Both the position numbers and the translations under genes were made by a program. Of a stretch of 52,147 nucleotides of DNA, positions 26,101 through 33,900 are shown piece by piece. Position 1 is the stretch's first letter, and each line of letters begins with the position of its first letter. The stretch comes from an uncultured Gammaproteobacteria bacterium (GTDB lineage Bacteria; Patescibacteriota; Patescibacteriia; UBA9570; XYC2-FULL-38-9), in assembly GCA_964344485.1 (NCBI GenBank), contig CAYFNF010000003.1:50149-102295 (forward strand), read 5' to 3'. A model generated the notes under the pieces. It ran no database searches. It worked only from the letters and a program-made list of their open reading frames with translations, and was not told the origin of the DNA.

Positions 26101-27680
26101 CAGACCTCTGGATGTGGAATCAAATACAATCCTGTAATGAGTAATCCATACGCTGGCTCACCCACACAAAACCCACCATCACAATCTTGGGATGCACATT
26201 CATAGTCATACGTACACGCTTCTCCCTCCATGAGCAGGCCAGCATATTCACCGTACCACCACGCTGGGGGAGTAAAGCTCTCAATAATTGGAGTACATTC
26301 GGAGTTCTCTCCAGTCTCCCACAGAATAGAATCTTCTGACTCGCCAGCATCTGGGTCATACCCCCAGAAGTTATCAACGGTCGCACCTTCAGAGACTACG
26401 TCGTAGTTACCGTCTAATGGGTTGCCGCAGGAGTCAGTAATTGCGCCTTCAAAATCATTGTCTGCATCACCAGCGTATAGTCTAAATCCATACCACGTGT
26501 ATTCATCTAATGCACTCGCTGGCCGAACCATAGCGTAATCAAATTGCGAACCAAAGCTCCATCCATTTAACTCTCGTGCATCAGTCCAGTCTGGCATGGT
26601 CTCTGGATCCCCTTCTTCCCATACACCAGCTTCATCAACTAAGAATGACTCATCGTCGTTGAATGAGGTAATACGCATAGACTCTGAGAAGTCTACGCTC
26701 ACTACAGTATTCAGACAGACATTAGTCTCTTCATCAGCCGGGAATGGGGATTCGCTGTTCTCCTGCACTGTTGGTGGTATCACATCCGTTTCCGTGCCCG
26801 TAATGAAAGTAAAATCATATGCTGTTAATGCATAACGATCATCAACTTCATCATCCGGAGTGTCATCTTCACTCATGATATCTGAAGTGAGATAGACATG
26901 GTAGTTCGTGTCTTCGGCAAAATCTTCATCTGGCACGATATTAAAATAGTACGTTGAATCACCTGGGCCGAACCCAATATCGCCAGGCACAGTATCTCCT
27001 ACACAATTGTATGTACCGTCTTCATCTTCATCCGTGCACGTACTTGAAACACATTCATCATGGCTCGTACATTCATCTCCGTCATATAAGGTACCGTCAT
27101 CATTAATAATATAGAATGAATCCGCGGTTACTGAGTCTTGATCTACATGTCGATTCACACGAATAGTCACGTCAGTACATAGATAGACACCGGAATCCCC
27201 GTTAGATGGATTAGTAGCCAGTACATAGTAATCATACCCCGAAGGTGTAAAATCTCCCGAGATACAACCGTATCCACTACACGGCATGATAGTACTGGTT
27301 CCTGTTGCATCTGAAATTACACCAAGTAACCACAACACAATTCCCCAAGCAGAGAGGATAATCAGCAAGCCAATCAGTGCGTTCTTGAGAATGGCTTTTG
27401 CATTTGCAACCTTTTCTTCATTGCCACCCGAAGTCATCCATACAAATCCACCGTACAACACCAACACCACAGCAAAGATCGCTAAGATACCTAACACCCA
27501 TGCAAGCAAATACAATACCACCTCAACCGGACTCCGATCACTTAATGCAATACCTTCGTAACTCGTATTGACTTGCGCAAGTGCTGGAACAGCGCTAGTG
27601 ACGAATAGAATGGTCAGGAGTGCTGACCGACGGACTATTCGACGCAATCTGTGAAAGGGTCGGTGAGAATCAAGCTTCAT
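20106..27680 (-). CDS. Giant (2,524 aa) acidic, Cys-rich surface protein with an N-terminal VirB2/TrbC-like pilin membrane module
   Basis: Uninterrupted 7.6-kb ORF. The N-terminus has a signal-like LLTILFVTSAVPALA followed by two TM helices flanking YGGFVWMTSGGNEEKVANAKAILKNALIGL. The remainder is D/E-rich and K/R-poor, with repeated CxxxxDCxxxxxCxDGxC knots, IPT/TIG-like segments (GAVGQYMTIIGENFG, GAQGTWVTIYGCMFG, GNDSAITIDGCYFG) and EF-hand/dockerin-like loops. Confidence 0.85.
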   Translation of the reverse strand: MKLDSHRPFHRLRRIVRRSALLTILFVTSAVPALAQVNTSYEGIALSDRSPVEVVLYLLAWVLGILAIFAVVLVLYGGFVWMTSGGNEEKVANAKAILKNALIGLLIILSAWGIVLWLLGVISDATGTSTIMPCSGYGCISGDFTPSGYDYYVLATNPSNGDSGVYLCTDVTIRVNRHVDQDSVTADSFYIINDDGTLYDGDECTSHDECVSSTCTDEDEDGTYNCVGDTVPGDIGFGPGDSTYYFNIVPDEDFAEDTNYHVYLTSDIMSEDDTPDDEVDDRYALTAYDFTFITGTETDVIPPTVQENSESPFPADEETNVCLNTVVSVDFSESMRITSFNDDESFLVDEAGVWEEGDPETMPDWTDARELNGWSFGSQFDYAMVRPASALDEYTWYGFRLYAGDADNDFEGAITDSCGNPLDGNYDVVSEGATVDNFWGYDPDAGESEDSILWETGENSECTPIIESFTPPAWWYGEYAGLLMEGEACTYDYECASQDCDGGFCVGEPAYGLLITGLYLIPHPEVWFEGSRIYAAEGTNSCFNVDHFGNLTSDTSVGDECIGSFGICDGLVDGHEVLCDTNQDCENEGAGTECDNPYTSNTELRTMIPVGTKPDQNFRISVADVPSAYSDDTVGLEDNQPYISWLNPDDGAVGQYMTIIGENFGETTGTVVMRMIQEDGVVRTSELVLPEECGDVSEPEEILAIVPEEYTDSDGGTGTWATGDVAMVQVIHNEGENESMAREGYYSNWRSFTFSTTTRPNLCSVVSVENELADPSNCDISGGKDVYVTGDSFGDDQGDSTIYMTTSEYVEYEPSAVDSWIDSQVDFTTSGDMGNDTYYVVVSHEELGNSNMRSYYIPCTSGPQVVEWGTCDEDEDIYPIPNPQPNQTDACRNGIIAVLFDQEVSGLTYDVGGTGTVRIQKYNEGDSFDESATPSDISGSLDTGYTVYVNDTYYYGFKFTPASNMDQNTWYKVTLSTGISSLDDGVPMAEEYTYTFKVDDTEDTCEATNIVVDPSWTIENEYGDSEDFDGTAVSDCNLINPNSMTWSWTIDDEDIGTFSPGQPDSDAEETVYVAGNDEENEGTTYVRTTVGELEDDAAFVVDLGFCESDEDCESCPGSTCNEETSHCTPVVIDTASQSSPPNDPSTRDFTPLNGAQGTWVTIYGCMFGSAKGNVWWNSDDDLVHAETEWPDSELCEDTWTSEYIIAEVPEDWDADDDDIRETAVDNGTYDIEVETRYGDSDESDYDDFEINDTPRAGICKISPDDGPEGTSTYTAGQMMGEDEGWSSWIDKDDDRLSGEVTSWSDTLVYSIVPDGATNSVSKDYRVITAEGDETSCADDTYCSNTLDYTVTCSWNRECNSGCCNIDTPYGECISGDEADAYCNACETDDDCTECGGDSSCVDGYCTPVIEEISPARQGNDSAITIDGCYFGSSKGSGSVSVGGIEPEYPCGNESWSNTQIIVTVPGEDEIAPEQSVDVTVTSRFELTTEASPLYVEEQCVDAPEEGVPILCALNPNSGDGHDTVWFSGINFYDPDAVGETDTLNNIFAHPDGPTAGDNFAYISDEMTSAEVPVNDEDLAASGDAYAEANSCDSNGINFYIHCEDGEDCPPGSDCVDGVCTPAECTADDDCPDPDDECIDGECTTPCETHEDCDGDEVCVDGTCEESCTETGDCDHGFDCVEGVCTDMYCAECFDGDVVDNDQCPAYRGCYWADDLGAIDDPANWCCDWRPTFVSSNPSDGETGICPNRWFTITFSEEMKFTTSKCDNEDVNDDGYIDDQDLVNVDDDADGDYTDEDHNCDHNGDGVVDGNDTAEFNIDIEQLAGTGTCDGGYCDGGAHDGEDCSADATLCEQDEDTVITEIDIATMIQQADDSGTCVANVCDGGYYDGADCTDDPELCEFSETYTTRLRVEPGAFVTGAQYRMTLNSENDYFQDESTVDTSSIRSVDSGLALRDGTEIVTIELQNDFCLPTQVELINDDTGKRHHTFTEPNGSTSYTATVLASDGQELYSTDEMGWEFTWDPYYDEDSCENIAWVEVAEVEEFETSCDIHADCGDNQRCIENVCLDLCDETADCGSGEICTYGHHCMTPDATSETQAVVSGEENHDSTSLSATISPLTGWTGSITGKSRLSVTYCEESVIWEYIDDEDPSADSKYYEFVSRGTPEYEQNFRLIYCMDDDTPEMDNIVVNEGGGDDDWFLQYLFSNSDNPEQVFGIRVFDNEYNLSPEEWYETFVDEDGSISDTTIDGYYAGTTGDTYYIAAGNIIQDSNPADDSLYNNMYVFSFDTEADGMENIESQVMDYLMFNHDLDYGDCDASDKDKLTRDTNRVNDFGTLAVHISEYITEEGATEYPYPQSDEYGSYIEELTTSVWSSWQGAVGNIYGVTLPTDPYNFFYAADQDDPWNAGDEPWIYDEGLGDETTDGDCEYDADLNEYWDESGTCWDPVNTEFYCPEHSHTYMYKVDPADSTNLYLYSHMEYDGSADGTEDWIHGDYTPCTDATVTAECACYNYGLESIGMGNWAESTP

Positions 27681-27700
27681 AGATGTATATATAAATTGGT

Positions 27701-28144
27701 TTATTTGTTTAGTTCTTGTTCAACGAGCTGTTTTACCATGTTCCCGTCAGCTTGGCCCTGTACTTGTTTCATAACCGCAGGCATGACTGCACCAAAATTC
27801 TTCTCCGGAGCATCAGCTACTGCTTGTTGAACAATAGGCAGTAGGTCTTGCTCGGACATCTGTTCTGGCAAGTACTGCTGAATTAAATCTAACTCCTGTT
27901 GTTCTTTATCTACGAGGTCGGTGCGGTCAGCGTCAGTAAACGCTTGGATAGACTCTTTTCGTTTTTTCGCTTCTTTCTGTAATACAGAAACAACTTCTGT
28001 ATCAGAGAGTTGTTCCTTGTTGCCTTGTGCTTTTGCTGAATCCAATAACGCTGCTTTGAGTAGTCGCAACACATCTACACGTTGACGATCCTGACTCTTC
28101 ATTGCTGCGGTCAGGTCTTGTAATAGTTGTTCATGCAATGGCAT
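27701..28144 (-). CDS. yqeY: GatB/YqeY domain protein
   Basis: 147 aa. LLQDLTAAMKSQDRQRVDVLRLLKAAL is typical of YqeY. It follows rpsU, as in many Firmicutes. Confidence 0.88.
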   Translation of the reverse strand: MPLHEQLLQDLTAAMKSQDRQRVDVLRLLKAALLDSAKAQGNKEQLSDTEVVSVLQKEAKKRKESIQAFTDADRTDLVDKEQQELDLIQQYLPEQMSEQDLLPIVQQAVADAPEKNFGAVMPAVMKQVQGQADGNMVKQLVEQELNK

Positions 28145-28155
28145 GTACGAAAAAA

Positions 28156-28413
28156 TTACGCTGCTTTTCTTTTGGAATGGTGCCCGTACTGCGGTGCTTC
28201 TTGGATTCGACCAGTTTTGATATCGAATTCTCGCTGTTCCCGGTTCTGTTTTCTGCGTAGCGCTGAATCTTTTTTCTGCCGCTTATTCGGCTTTTTACGA
28301 AAAAAGAGTGCACCTTTTGCAGTTTTCAAGATTCCGGTCTTCTGAACTTTGCCAGAAAATCGACGTATTAAACTGTCGTTTGATTCTCCTTCTTTTTTCT
28401 CAACTTTAACCAC
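28156..28413 (-). CDS. rpsU: 30S ribosomal protein S21 (GTG start)
   Basis: 85 aa and basic. SLIRRFSGKVQKTGIL..FFRKKPNKRQKK resembles S21. The SD-like sequence GGGGTGA lies about 7 nt upstream of the GTG. Confidence 0.85.
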   Translation of the reverse strand: MVKVEKKEGESNDSLIRRFSGKVQKTGILKTAKGALFFRKKPNKRQKKDSALRRKQNREQREFDIKTGRIQEAPQYGHHSKRKAA

Positions 28414-28475
28414 AAATTCTCACCCCTCTCTATTTATTACTAATTATAACCAAATATCTTAAGATATCTGAGGCC

Positions 28476-28504
28476 AATATAACACTATTTTATTACTGTG
28501 TCAA
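28476..28504 (-). promoter_or_regulatory. Near-consensus sigma70 promoter of rpsU (and probably the downstream co-directional run)
   Basis: Minus strand: TTGACA (28504..28499), 17-nt spacer, TATATT (28481..28476). Confidence 0.6.
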
Positions 28505-28518
28505 CTTGCTGTTTTCCA

Positions 28519-28863
28519 CTATACCACCACTTTTACTGGCTCTCCTCCAACTATATGGAAGTGGAAATGTTGAATGATTTGACCACCGTCATCTCCTACA
28601 TTGGAAACGATCTTATATCCTGATTCTGCAATGCCCTGTTCTTTAGCTATCTCTGCTGCTTTTAGTGCTAAGGATCCTAGCAACTCCGTGTGTTCCGAGG
28701 TGAATGCATTTAAGTCTGCGACATGCTCTTTTGGAACCACGAGAATGTGAGTTGGAGCTTTTGGACGAATATCGCGGAATGCGATAATCGCATCGTCCTC
28801 ATACACAATGTCGGATTCAGCTTCTTTGCGTATGATTTTACAAAATATACAGTCTTCTGACAT
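28519..28863 (-). CDS. HIT-family (HinT-like) nucleotide hydrolase
   Basis: 114 aa. CIFCKI N-terminal motif and histidine triad QHFHFHIVGG. Confidence 0.9.
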   Translation of the reverse strand: MSEDCIFCKIIRKEAESDIVYEDDAIIAFRDIRPKAPTHILVVPKEHVADLNAFTSEHTELLGSLALKAAEIAKEQGIAESGYKIVSNVGDDGGQIIQHFHFHIVGGEPVKVVV

Positions 28864-28872
28864 ATGAATAGG

Positions 28873-30249
28873 TTACTTCTTAAGTTGTTTCTTAAGTGTA
28901 TCAATTAATTTTGATTGCATAATTGCTTCCTGAGACCCAGACTCCATGTCTCTGATGATAATCGTATTGTCGATCATCTCCTTCTGCCCTAAGATCAACG
29001 TGATCTTTGCATGTGCTTTATTCGCTAATGACAGCTGATCAGATAAGCGGTTCTTACTGATATTTGACCCTGTGGAAATACCGGCTTTGCGTAACTCCTC
29101 AAATAACTTGAGTGCGCGCTTGCGTGCAGTCTCACCGATCTGCGCTAGAAAGACATCAGGTGTTGGTGCTGGAGAGACATCGACATTCGAATCTTTAATA
29201 GCTAATATCACACGCTCAATTCCCATGGCCATACCTACAGCTGGTGTCTCTGGTGGGCCACCCAACTCTTCTATTAAATAATCATACCGTCCACCACCTA
29301 ATAACGCAGCAGGGCTCATCTCTTCTTGGTCTGCTTTCAAGATAAACTCAAATGTAGTCTGTGAATAATAATCCAAGCCTCGGACCAGCCGCGGTTGCAA
29401 GTGATACGTAATATCCCCTTCATCAAGATATTCTAGTACTTTCATAAAGTGATCGCGACATCCATCGCACAGGTTGTCTACGGACTGAGGAGCATCTTCT
29501 CCAATCGCACGACACGCCTCTTCTTTACAATCCAAGAGCCGGAGTGGATTCTTAGTGATCCGACCTTTACAGTCTTCACAGAGGTTCTTGCGATGCCCTT
29601 TGTAGTATTCTTTCAAAGCAATGATATAATCTGGACGACAGTCGCGGCAACCAATGGAGTTAATAAGTGCAACGGTCTCTAACCCCATATCGGACAGTAA
29701 GTGGTGACCAACGGAGATCAACTCTGCATCTAATGCAGGTTGATTAGAGCCGATCAATTCCCAATTCACTTGATGGAACTGTCGATATCGACCAGCTTGC
29801 GGTCGGTCATAGCGAAATGCTGGGCCGTGAGTCCATAACTTCACTGGCTGAGGAAGGTTCTGCATTCCGTGTTCGACGTAGGCGCGGCAGATACCTGCAG
29901 TCATCTCTGGACGAAGTGCTACCTTATCTCCACCTTTGGTTTCAAATTCATACATCTCCTTCTCTACAATGTCCGTGGTGTTACCAACTGCACGAACAAA
30001 CAGGTTTAATTCTTCCACTATCGGAATATCAATACGTTCGTATCCATACGCTCGTGATGCTTGCGCTGATGATTCAATTACGTATTCCCAGAAGGACTGC
30101 TCTTGCGGGAGGATATCTTTCATTCCTCTCAGTAATTGAGGTTTCTTTCCTTTTCCTTTCTTTGGTGTTCCTTTGCTCGCTGATGATCCTTTTGAGGATT
30201 TTGCAGTACTTGCTTTAGAGGAACTCTTTGTACTTTTTTTTGTCGCCAT
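28873..30249 (-). CDS. hisS: Histidine--tRNA ligase with a Lys/Ser-rich N-terminal extension of about 45 aa
   Basis: Class II motifs (LRPEMTAG, FRYDRPQAGRYRQFHQ, GGGRYD) and an anticodon-binding C-terminus. N-terminus MATKKSTKSSSKASTAKSSKGSSASKGTPKKGKGKK. Confidence 0.95.
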   Translation of the reverse strand: MATKKSTKSSSKASTAKSSKGSSASKGTPKKGKGKKPQLLRGMKDILPQEQSFWEYVIESSAQASRAYGYERIDIPIVEELNLFVRAVGNTTDIVEKEMYEFETKGGDKVALRPEMTAGICRAYVEHGMQNLPQPVKLWTHGPAFRYDRPQAGRYRQFHQVNWELIGSNQPALDAELISVGHHLLSDMGLETVALINSIGCRDCRPDYIIALKEYYKGHRKNLCEDCKGRITKNPLRLLDCKEEACRAIGEDAPQSVDNLCDGCRDHFMKVLEYLDEGDITYHLQPRLVRGLDYYSQTTFEFILKADQEEMSPAALLGGGRYDYLIEELGGPPETPAVGMAMGIERVILAIKDSNVDVSPAPTPDVFLAQIGETARKRALKLFEELRKAGISTGSNISKNRLSDQLSLANKAHAKITLILGQKEMIDNTIIIRDMESGSQEAIMQSKLIDTLKKQLKK

Positions 30250-30254
30250 ATGAC

Positions 30255-30827
30255 TTATTCGTTATATTGAACTTTTGAAAAATGATCTAAACGCGTAAAC
30301 GGCCATGCACGCAACCAGGTGCGGCCGATAAATTCTTCTGATGGTACTGCCCCAAATACACGCGAATCTAAACTCTCAGAACGATTATCTCCTAGCAAGA
30401 AGTACTCATTATCGTGGAGTGCCAGCTCTTGCGTACCGTAGGTAAACGTCGATTCATCAAGATACGGAGACTCATCAAGTTTCTCGCCGTTAATGTAGAC
30501 TCCATGATTCTTGATCTCTACGGTCTCGCTTGGTAATCCGATAATGCGTTTAATAAAAAATTGTGTTCGCATCTGCGGATTTCGTAGCACAACCACATCC
30601 CCGCGCTCAGGTTCATTAAATCGATACGATATTTCATCAATAATTAAATACTCGTAGTTATGAAAGTTCGGTTCCATGGACGCGCCTTTTACGTAAAACG
30701 GTTGAATCAGGAAATATCGTATGGGAATTATGATCGCCAAGGATATGACAACCACTTTGACTACTTCCCACAAAAAAACACCGGTTCTTTTCGCTTTTGA
30801 GGCTATTTCATCTTGTATTTCAGGCAT
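30255..30827 (-). CDS. lepB: Signal peptidase I
   Basis: Catalytic Ser box GASMEPN, Lys box RGDVVVL..FIKRIIGLP, and GDNRSESLDSR. Confidence 0.92.
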   Translation of the reverse strand: MPEIQDEIASKAKRTGVFLWEVVKVVVISLAIIIPIRYFLIQPFYVKGASMEPNFHNYEYLIIDEISYRFNEPERGDVVVLRNPQMRTQFFIKRIIGLPSETVEIKNHGVYINGEKLDESPYLDESTFTYGTQELALHDNEYFLLGDNRSESLDSRVFGAVPSEEFIGRTWLRAWPFTRLDHFSKVQYNE

Positions 30828-30849
30828 ATTTTTATTGAATAACTAACGA

Positions 30850-30878
30850 AGTATACCACTAAAAACACTTCGAGTCAA
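30850..30878 (-). promoter_or_regulatory. Sigma70-type promoter of lepB (divergent pair)
   Basis: Minus strand: TTGACT (30878..30873), 17-nt spacer, TATACT (30855..30850). Confidence 0.55.
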
Positions 30879-30881
30879 AAA

Positions 30882-30910
30882 TTGACGTGTAGAAGAAATC
30901 TTACTATAAT
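30882..30910 (+). promoter_or_regulatory. Near-consensus sigma70 promoter of the LCP-der-pth run
   Basis: TTGACG (30882..30887), 17-nt spacer, TATAAT (30905..30910). The TTG that the ORF track uses as a start is the -35 element. Confidence 0.6.
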
Positions 30911-30944
30911 GATCCTCGCACTGTGTTATCAGAGTGTAAGAAAC

Positions 30945-32522
30945 ATGCCTAAAAAAACCCAAGAAAAAACACCCTCGTCTGACGCTTCAACCAAAAAAAA
31001 GAGTGAAGTACCAGCAGAACCTAAAGAGAGTCCAGTCCCACCAGAATCTCATCCGCACAAAGTAGATCTCAAGAAGACGTCAACTTCGCACCGCTTTCGT
31101 CTGCGGTATGTTTTTTTGATTGGTTTGATTGTTATAGGCATCGGCATGATCGGTTTTGGAGTCTATATCTATCAATTTACCACCACACAGATTGTATCTA
31201 AAAATGAACAAGTGGGATTCTTTGGCCAGATTCGAAGAATCATCGATGAAGATGTGCAACCGTTGCAAGGTGAGGATGAGGACCGGGTGAACATACTGCT
31301 ACTGGGCGAAGGAGGGCTGGACCATCCTGGCGGTACACTCACTGATACGATCATGATCGCATCTATTAAACCGTCAACCAAGCAAGTGGCACTTCTATCG
31401 ATTCCGCGTGATCTTGTGGTCCCGGTCTACTCTGATGACGACCCAGACTATTACGAATATCGAAAAATCAATTATGCAGTAGAGATCGGCGGCATCGAGT
31501 TAGCGCTTGAGAAGATGGAAGAGATGACCGGACTAGAGATGCACTACTATGTCTTGGCAGACTTCACTGGATTCCGAGATATTATTAATAGTCTCGGTGG
31601 ACTCGATATCTACGTGGAGAATAGCTTTACTGACTATCAATACCCGGATTATAACTACGGCTGGCAGACCATCGCATTTACTGAGGGATGGGAGCATATG
31701 GACGGAGAGCGTGCGCTACAGTATGCGCGGTCACGACATGGGAACAATGGAGAAGGGTCAGACTTTGCTCGCGCAAATAGGCAACAAAAAATATTAGAAG
31801 CGTTAAGAGATGAAGCGCTGTCTGCGTCGACTATATTAAATCCAAGTAAGATAACGAAAATCCTGAACAACGTCGGAGATCACGTCCGCATGAACGTTGA
31901 AATCTGGGAGATGAAACGCTTTGCAGACATCGCTGCTGAAGTAAATAAAGATGAAATTGTGAATCAAGTAGTCGATAACGCAGAGTCTGGTCTCGTGCAT
32001 TCAGAGATCTCGAGTGAAACCGGCGCATACGTATTAATCCCGAATGCTGGTCTCGGTGACTTTTCAGAGATACAACAGCTCGCGCTACATTTATTCGATA
32101 TGGGTGAAGTACTCCAGGAGCAAGCAGTGATTGCAGTACAAAATGGTTCAACCATATCAGGACTGGCTACAAAAACTGCAAACTCCCTGCGTAGCGCAGG
32201 CGTGACCGTCTCTTCGTCAGCTATCGCAAATGCGAATAGCAAGAGTGTGCAAGATACAATCATCTATGACCTTTCGGATGGGTCCAAACCATTGGCGCAG
32301 GATATACTGGAACAAGAGATACAGACGGCTGTGCGTGCGGCAACCATGCCAGCAGCAGACGCCTCTATACGACTCGCAACGGATATTGATACTACCATTG
32401 TAAATACGCAAGCGCTTCCGGACTCTGTGGATTTTATTGTAGTAGTAGGAAGCAACCAAACAAAGATTAATACCGCGGATGCGGCTGATCAGACTGGATC
32501 AGCATCTGGTAACGAATTATGA
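30945..32522 (+). CDS. LytR-CpsA-Psr (LCP) family cell-envelope phosphotransferase, membrane-anchored
   Basis: Start moved to the ATG at 30945 (MPKKTQEK). TM helix FLIGLIVIGIGMIGFGVYIY. LCP core NILLLGEGG..DTIMIASI..LLSIPRDL..RSRH. Confidence 0.88.
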   Translation: MPKKTQEKTPSSDASTKKKSEVPAEPKESPVPPESHPHKVDLKKTSTSHRFRLRYVFLIGLIVIGIGMIGFGVYIYQFTTTQIVSKNEQVGFFGQIRRIIDEDVQPLQGEDEDRVNILLLGEGGLDHPGGTLTDTIMIASIKPSTKQVALLSIPRDLVVPVYSDDDPDYYEYRKINYAVEIGGIELALEKMEEMTGLEMHYYVLADFTGFRDIINSLGGLDIYVENSFTDYQYPDYNYGWQTIAFTEGWEHMDGERALQYARSRHGNNGEGSDFARANRQQKILEALRDEALSASTILNPSKITKILNNVGDHVRMNVEIWEMKRFADIAAEVNKDEIVNQVVDNAESGLVHSEISSETGAYVLIPNAGLGDFSEIQQLALHLFDMGEVLQEQAVIAVQNGSTISGLATKTANSLRSAGVTVSSSAIANANSKSVQDTIIYDLSDGSKPLAQDILEQEIQTAVRAATMPAADASIRLATDIDTTIVNTQALPDSVDFIVVVGSNQTKINTADAADQTGSASGNEL

Positions 32523-33883
32523 AACAACCAACAACTGCTCCGACTGTCGCAATAGTTGGGAGAATGAACGTGGGGAAATCAACTCTGTTTAATTGTTGTA
32601 CACAATCTCACCACGCAATCACCTCTTCATGGGCAGGAACAACTCGAGATATTAATGCCGGCACCGTGATATGGCGCGGAAGAGAATTTCAATTCTTAGA
32701 TACCGGCGGTTTGGATGTGGAAGATGATGAGCAGTTAGAAGAGCGTGTGATTGCAGCAGCTCGTAACGCTATCGCGCAAGCGGATTTAGTTCTGTTTCTT
32801 ATTGATGGACAAGCTGGTGTGCTTCCGCAGGATAAACGACTAGCAAAGGAGTTGAGGGATCTAGACATTCCAGTGTTCTTGGTGGTAAACAAAATTGACA
32901 GTACAAAACGAGAGCACGCGATACCGAATGAAGTATATCAATTGAATATTGAACCTCTGTTTGTGATCTCTGCTGTGAACGGCCGCGGGACAGGAGACCT
33001 TCTCGATGGCATTTATGACGTGCTGCAACCGACCACGAGTGCAGCAACGCCTGAGGAACGCACAAAAGTTGCGATAGTCGGACGACCGAATGTTGGGAAA
33101 TCATCATTGTTAAATGCCATACTTGGTGAAGAACGAGTCATAGTCGCGGATCAGGCACATACCACACGAGATACCAATGATATTCCGTATGAATATAACG
33201 GAAAAAAATTCTTATTGATTGACACTGCTGGCATTCGAAAACGATCACGCGTGGGAAAGCGATGGCCGGATAAACGTATAGGCCAAATAGAAAAACAAAG
33301 TGTACAGTCAGCGATTGATGCAATGCAGCGCGCTGATGTGGTGCTGTTGGTACTCGAAGCGCAGAAACGCATTACTGCCCAGGATAAAAAAATTGCTGAC
33401 TTAGCAAATGAATTCGGTAAGGGATTAATTTTAGTGGTGAATAAGTGGGACCTGATCGATGAGAAAGAGACCAATACCATTAACGAGTTTAGTAGTTATT
33501 TTGACGCATCGCTTCCGTTTTTACGATGGGCGCCCATGATCTTTGTGTCTGCACAAGAGAAGTTGCGAGTGAAAAATACTCTGGATATGGTCTTGCGTGT
33601 AGCAGACAATTTCAACCGGTTCTTAGAAACAGAAGACTTGGAAACTGTTCTAGCAATTGCACGTTCTTCGTACCGCCCACGAAAGACAGCAACGCGTAAA
33701 TACCGAAAGCCACATATATCCATGAAGCGATTAAAACAAGTCTCTGCGCGACCTCCAAGATTCTACTTAAAAACTACTCGTCCAAAAGACATGCCTCGCG
33801 CGATCCCCCGAATCGTAGAGAAAGAGATCCGAGAGCGTTTTGATTTTGAAGGAGTAAAGATCATTATTGATATCGGGACCTAA
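32519..33883 (+). CDS. der: Ribosome-associated GTPase Der/EngA
   Basis: Two G domains (GRMNVGKSTLFN, GRPNVGKSSLLN) and a KH-like C-terminus. ATGA overlap with the LCP gene. Confidence 0.95.
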   Translation: MKQPTTAPTVAIVGRMNVGKSTLFNCCTQSHHAITSSWAGTTRDINAGTVIWRGREFQFLDTGGLDVEDDEQLEERVIAAARNAIAQADLVLFLIDGQAGVLPQDKRLAKELRDLDIPVFLVVNKIDSTKREHAIPNEVYQLNIEPLFVISAVNGRGTGDLLDGIYDVLQPTTSAATPEERTKVAIVGRPNVGKSSLLNAILGEERVIVADQAHTTRDTNDIPYEYNGKKFLLIDTAGIRKRSRVGKRWPDKRIGQIEKQSVQSAIDAMQRADVVLLVLEAQKRITAQDKKIADLANEFGKGLILVVNKWDLIDEKETNTINEFSSYFDASLPFLRWAPMIFVSAQEKLRVKNTLDMVLRVADNFNRFLETEDLETVLAIARSSYRPRKTATRKYRKPHISMKRLKQVSARPPRFYLKTTRPKDMPRAIPRIVEKEIRERFDFEGVKIIIDIGT

Positions 33884-33900
33884 CTGCCCGCTCGAATTAT

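Noticed and set aside
20051-27561. Numerous 60-178-aa plus-strand and off-frame ORFs inside the giant gene (for example 20051..20587, 22575..22979, 21366..21674)
   Set aside because: All are nested within a single 7.6-kb ORF with consistent domain content. Their products are low-complexity (H/S/T/I-rich) shadow translations.
20106-27680. Diversity-generating retroelement targeting the giant surface protein (DGRs are common in CPR)
   Set aside because: No reverse transcriptase ORF, no Avd-like gene and no recognisable template/variable repeat pair occur anywhere in the window. The C-terminus does not look like a C-type lectin variable region.
30882-30944. TTG start at 30882 for the LCP gene, as given in the ORF track
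   Set aside because: That TTG is the first half of a TTGACG -35 hexamer paired with a TATAAT -10 at 17-nt spacing. The ATG at 30945 lies downstream of this promoter and gives a normal basic-N-terminus, TM-anchored LCP protein.
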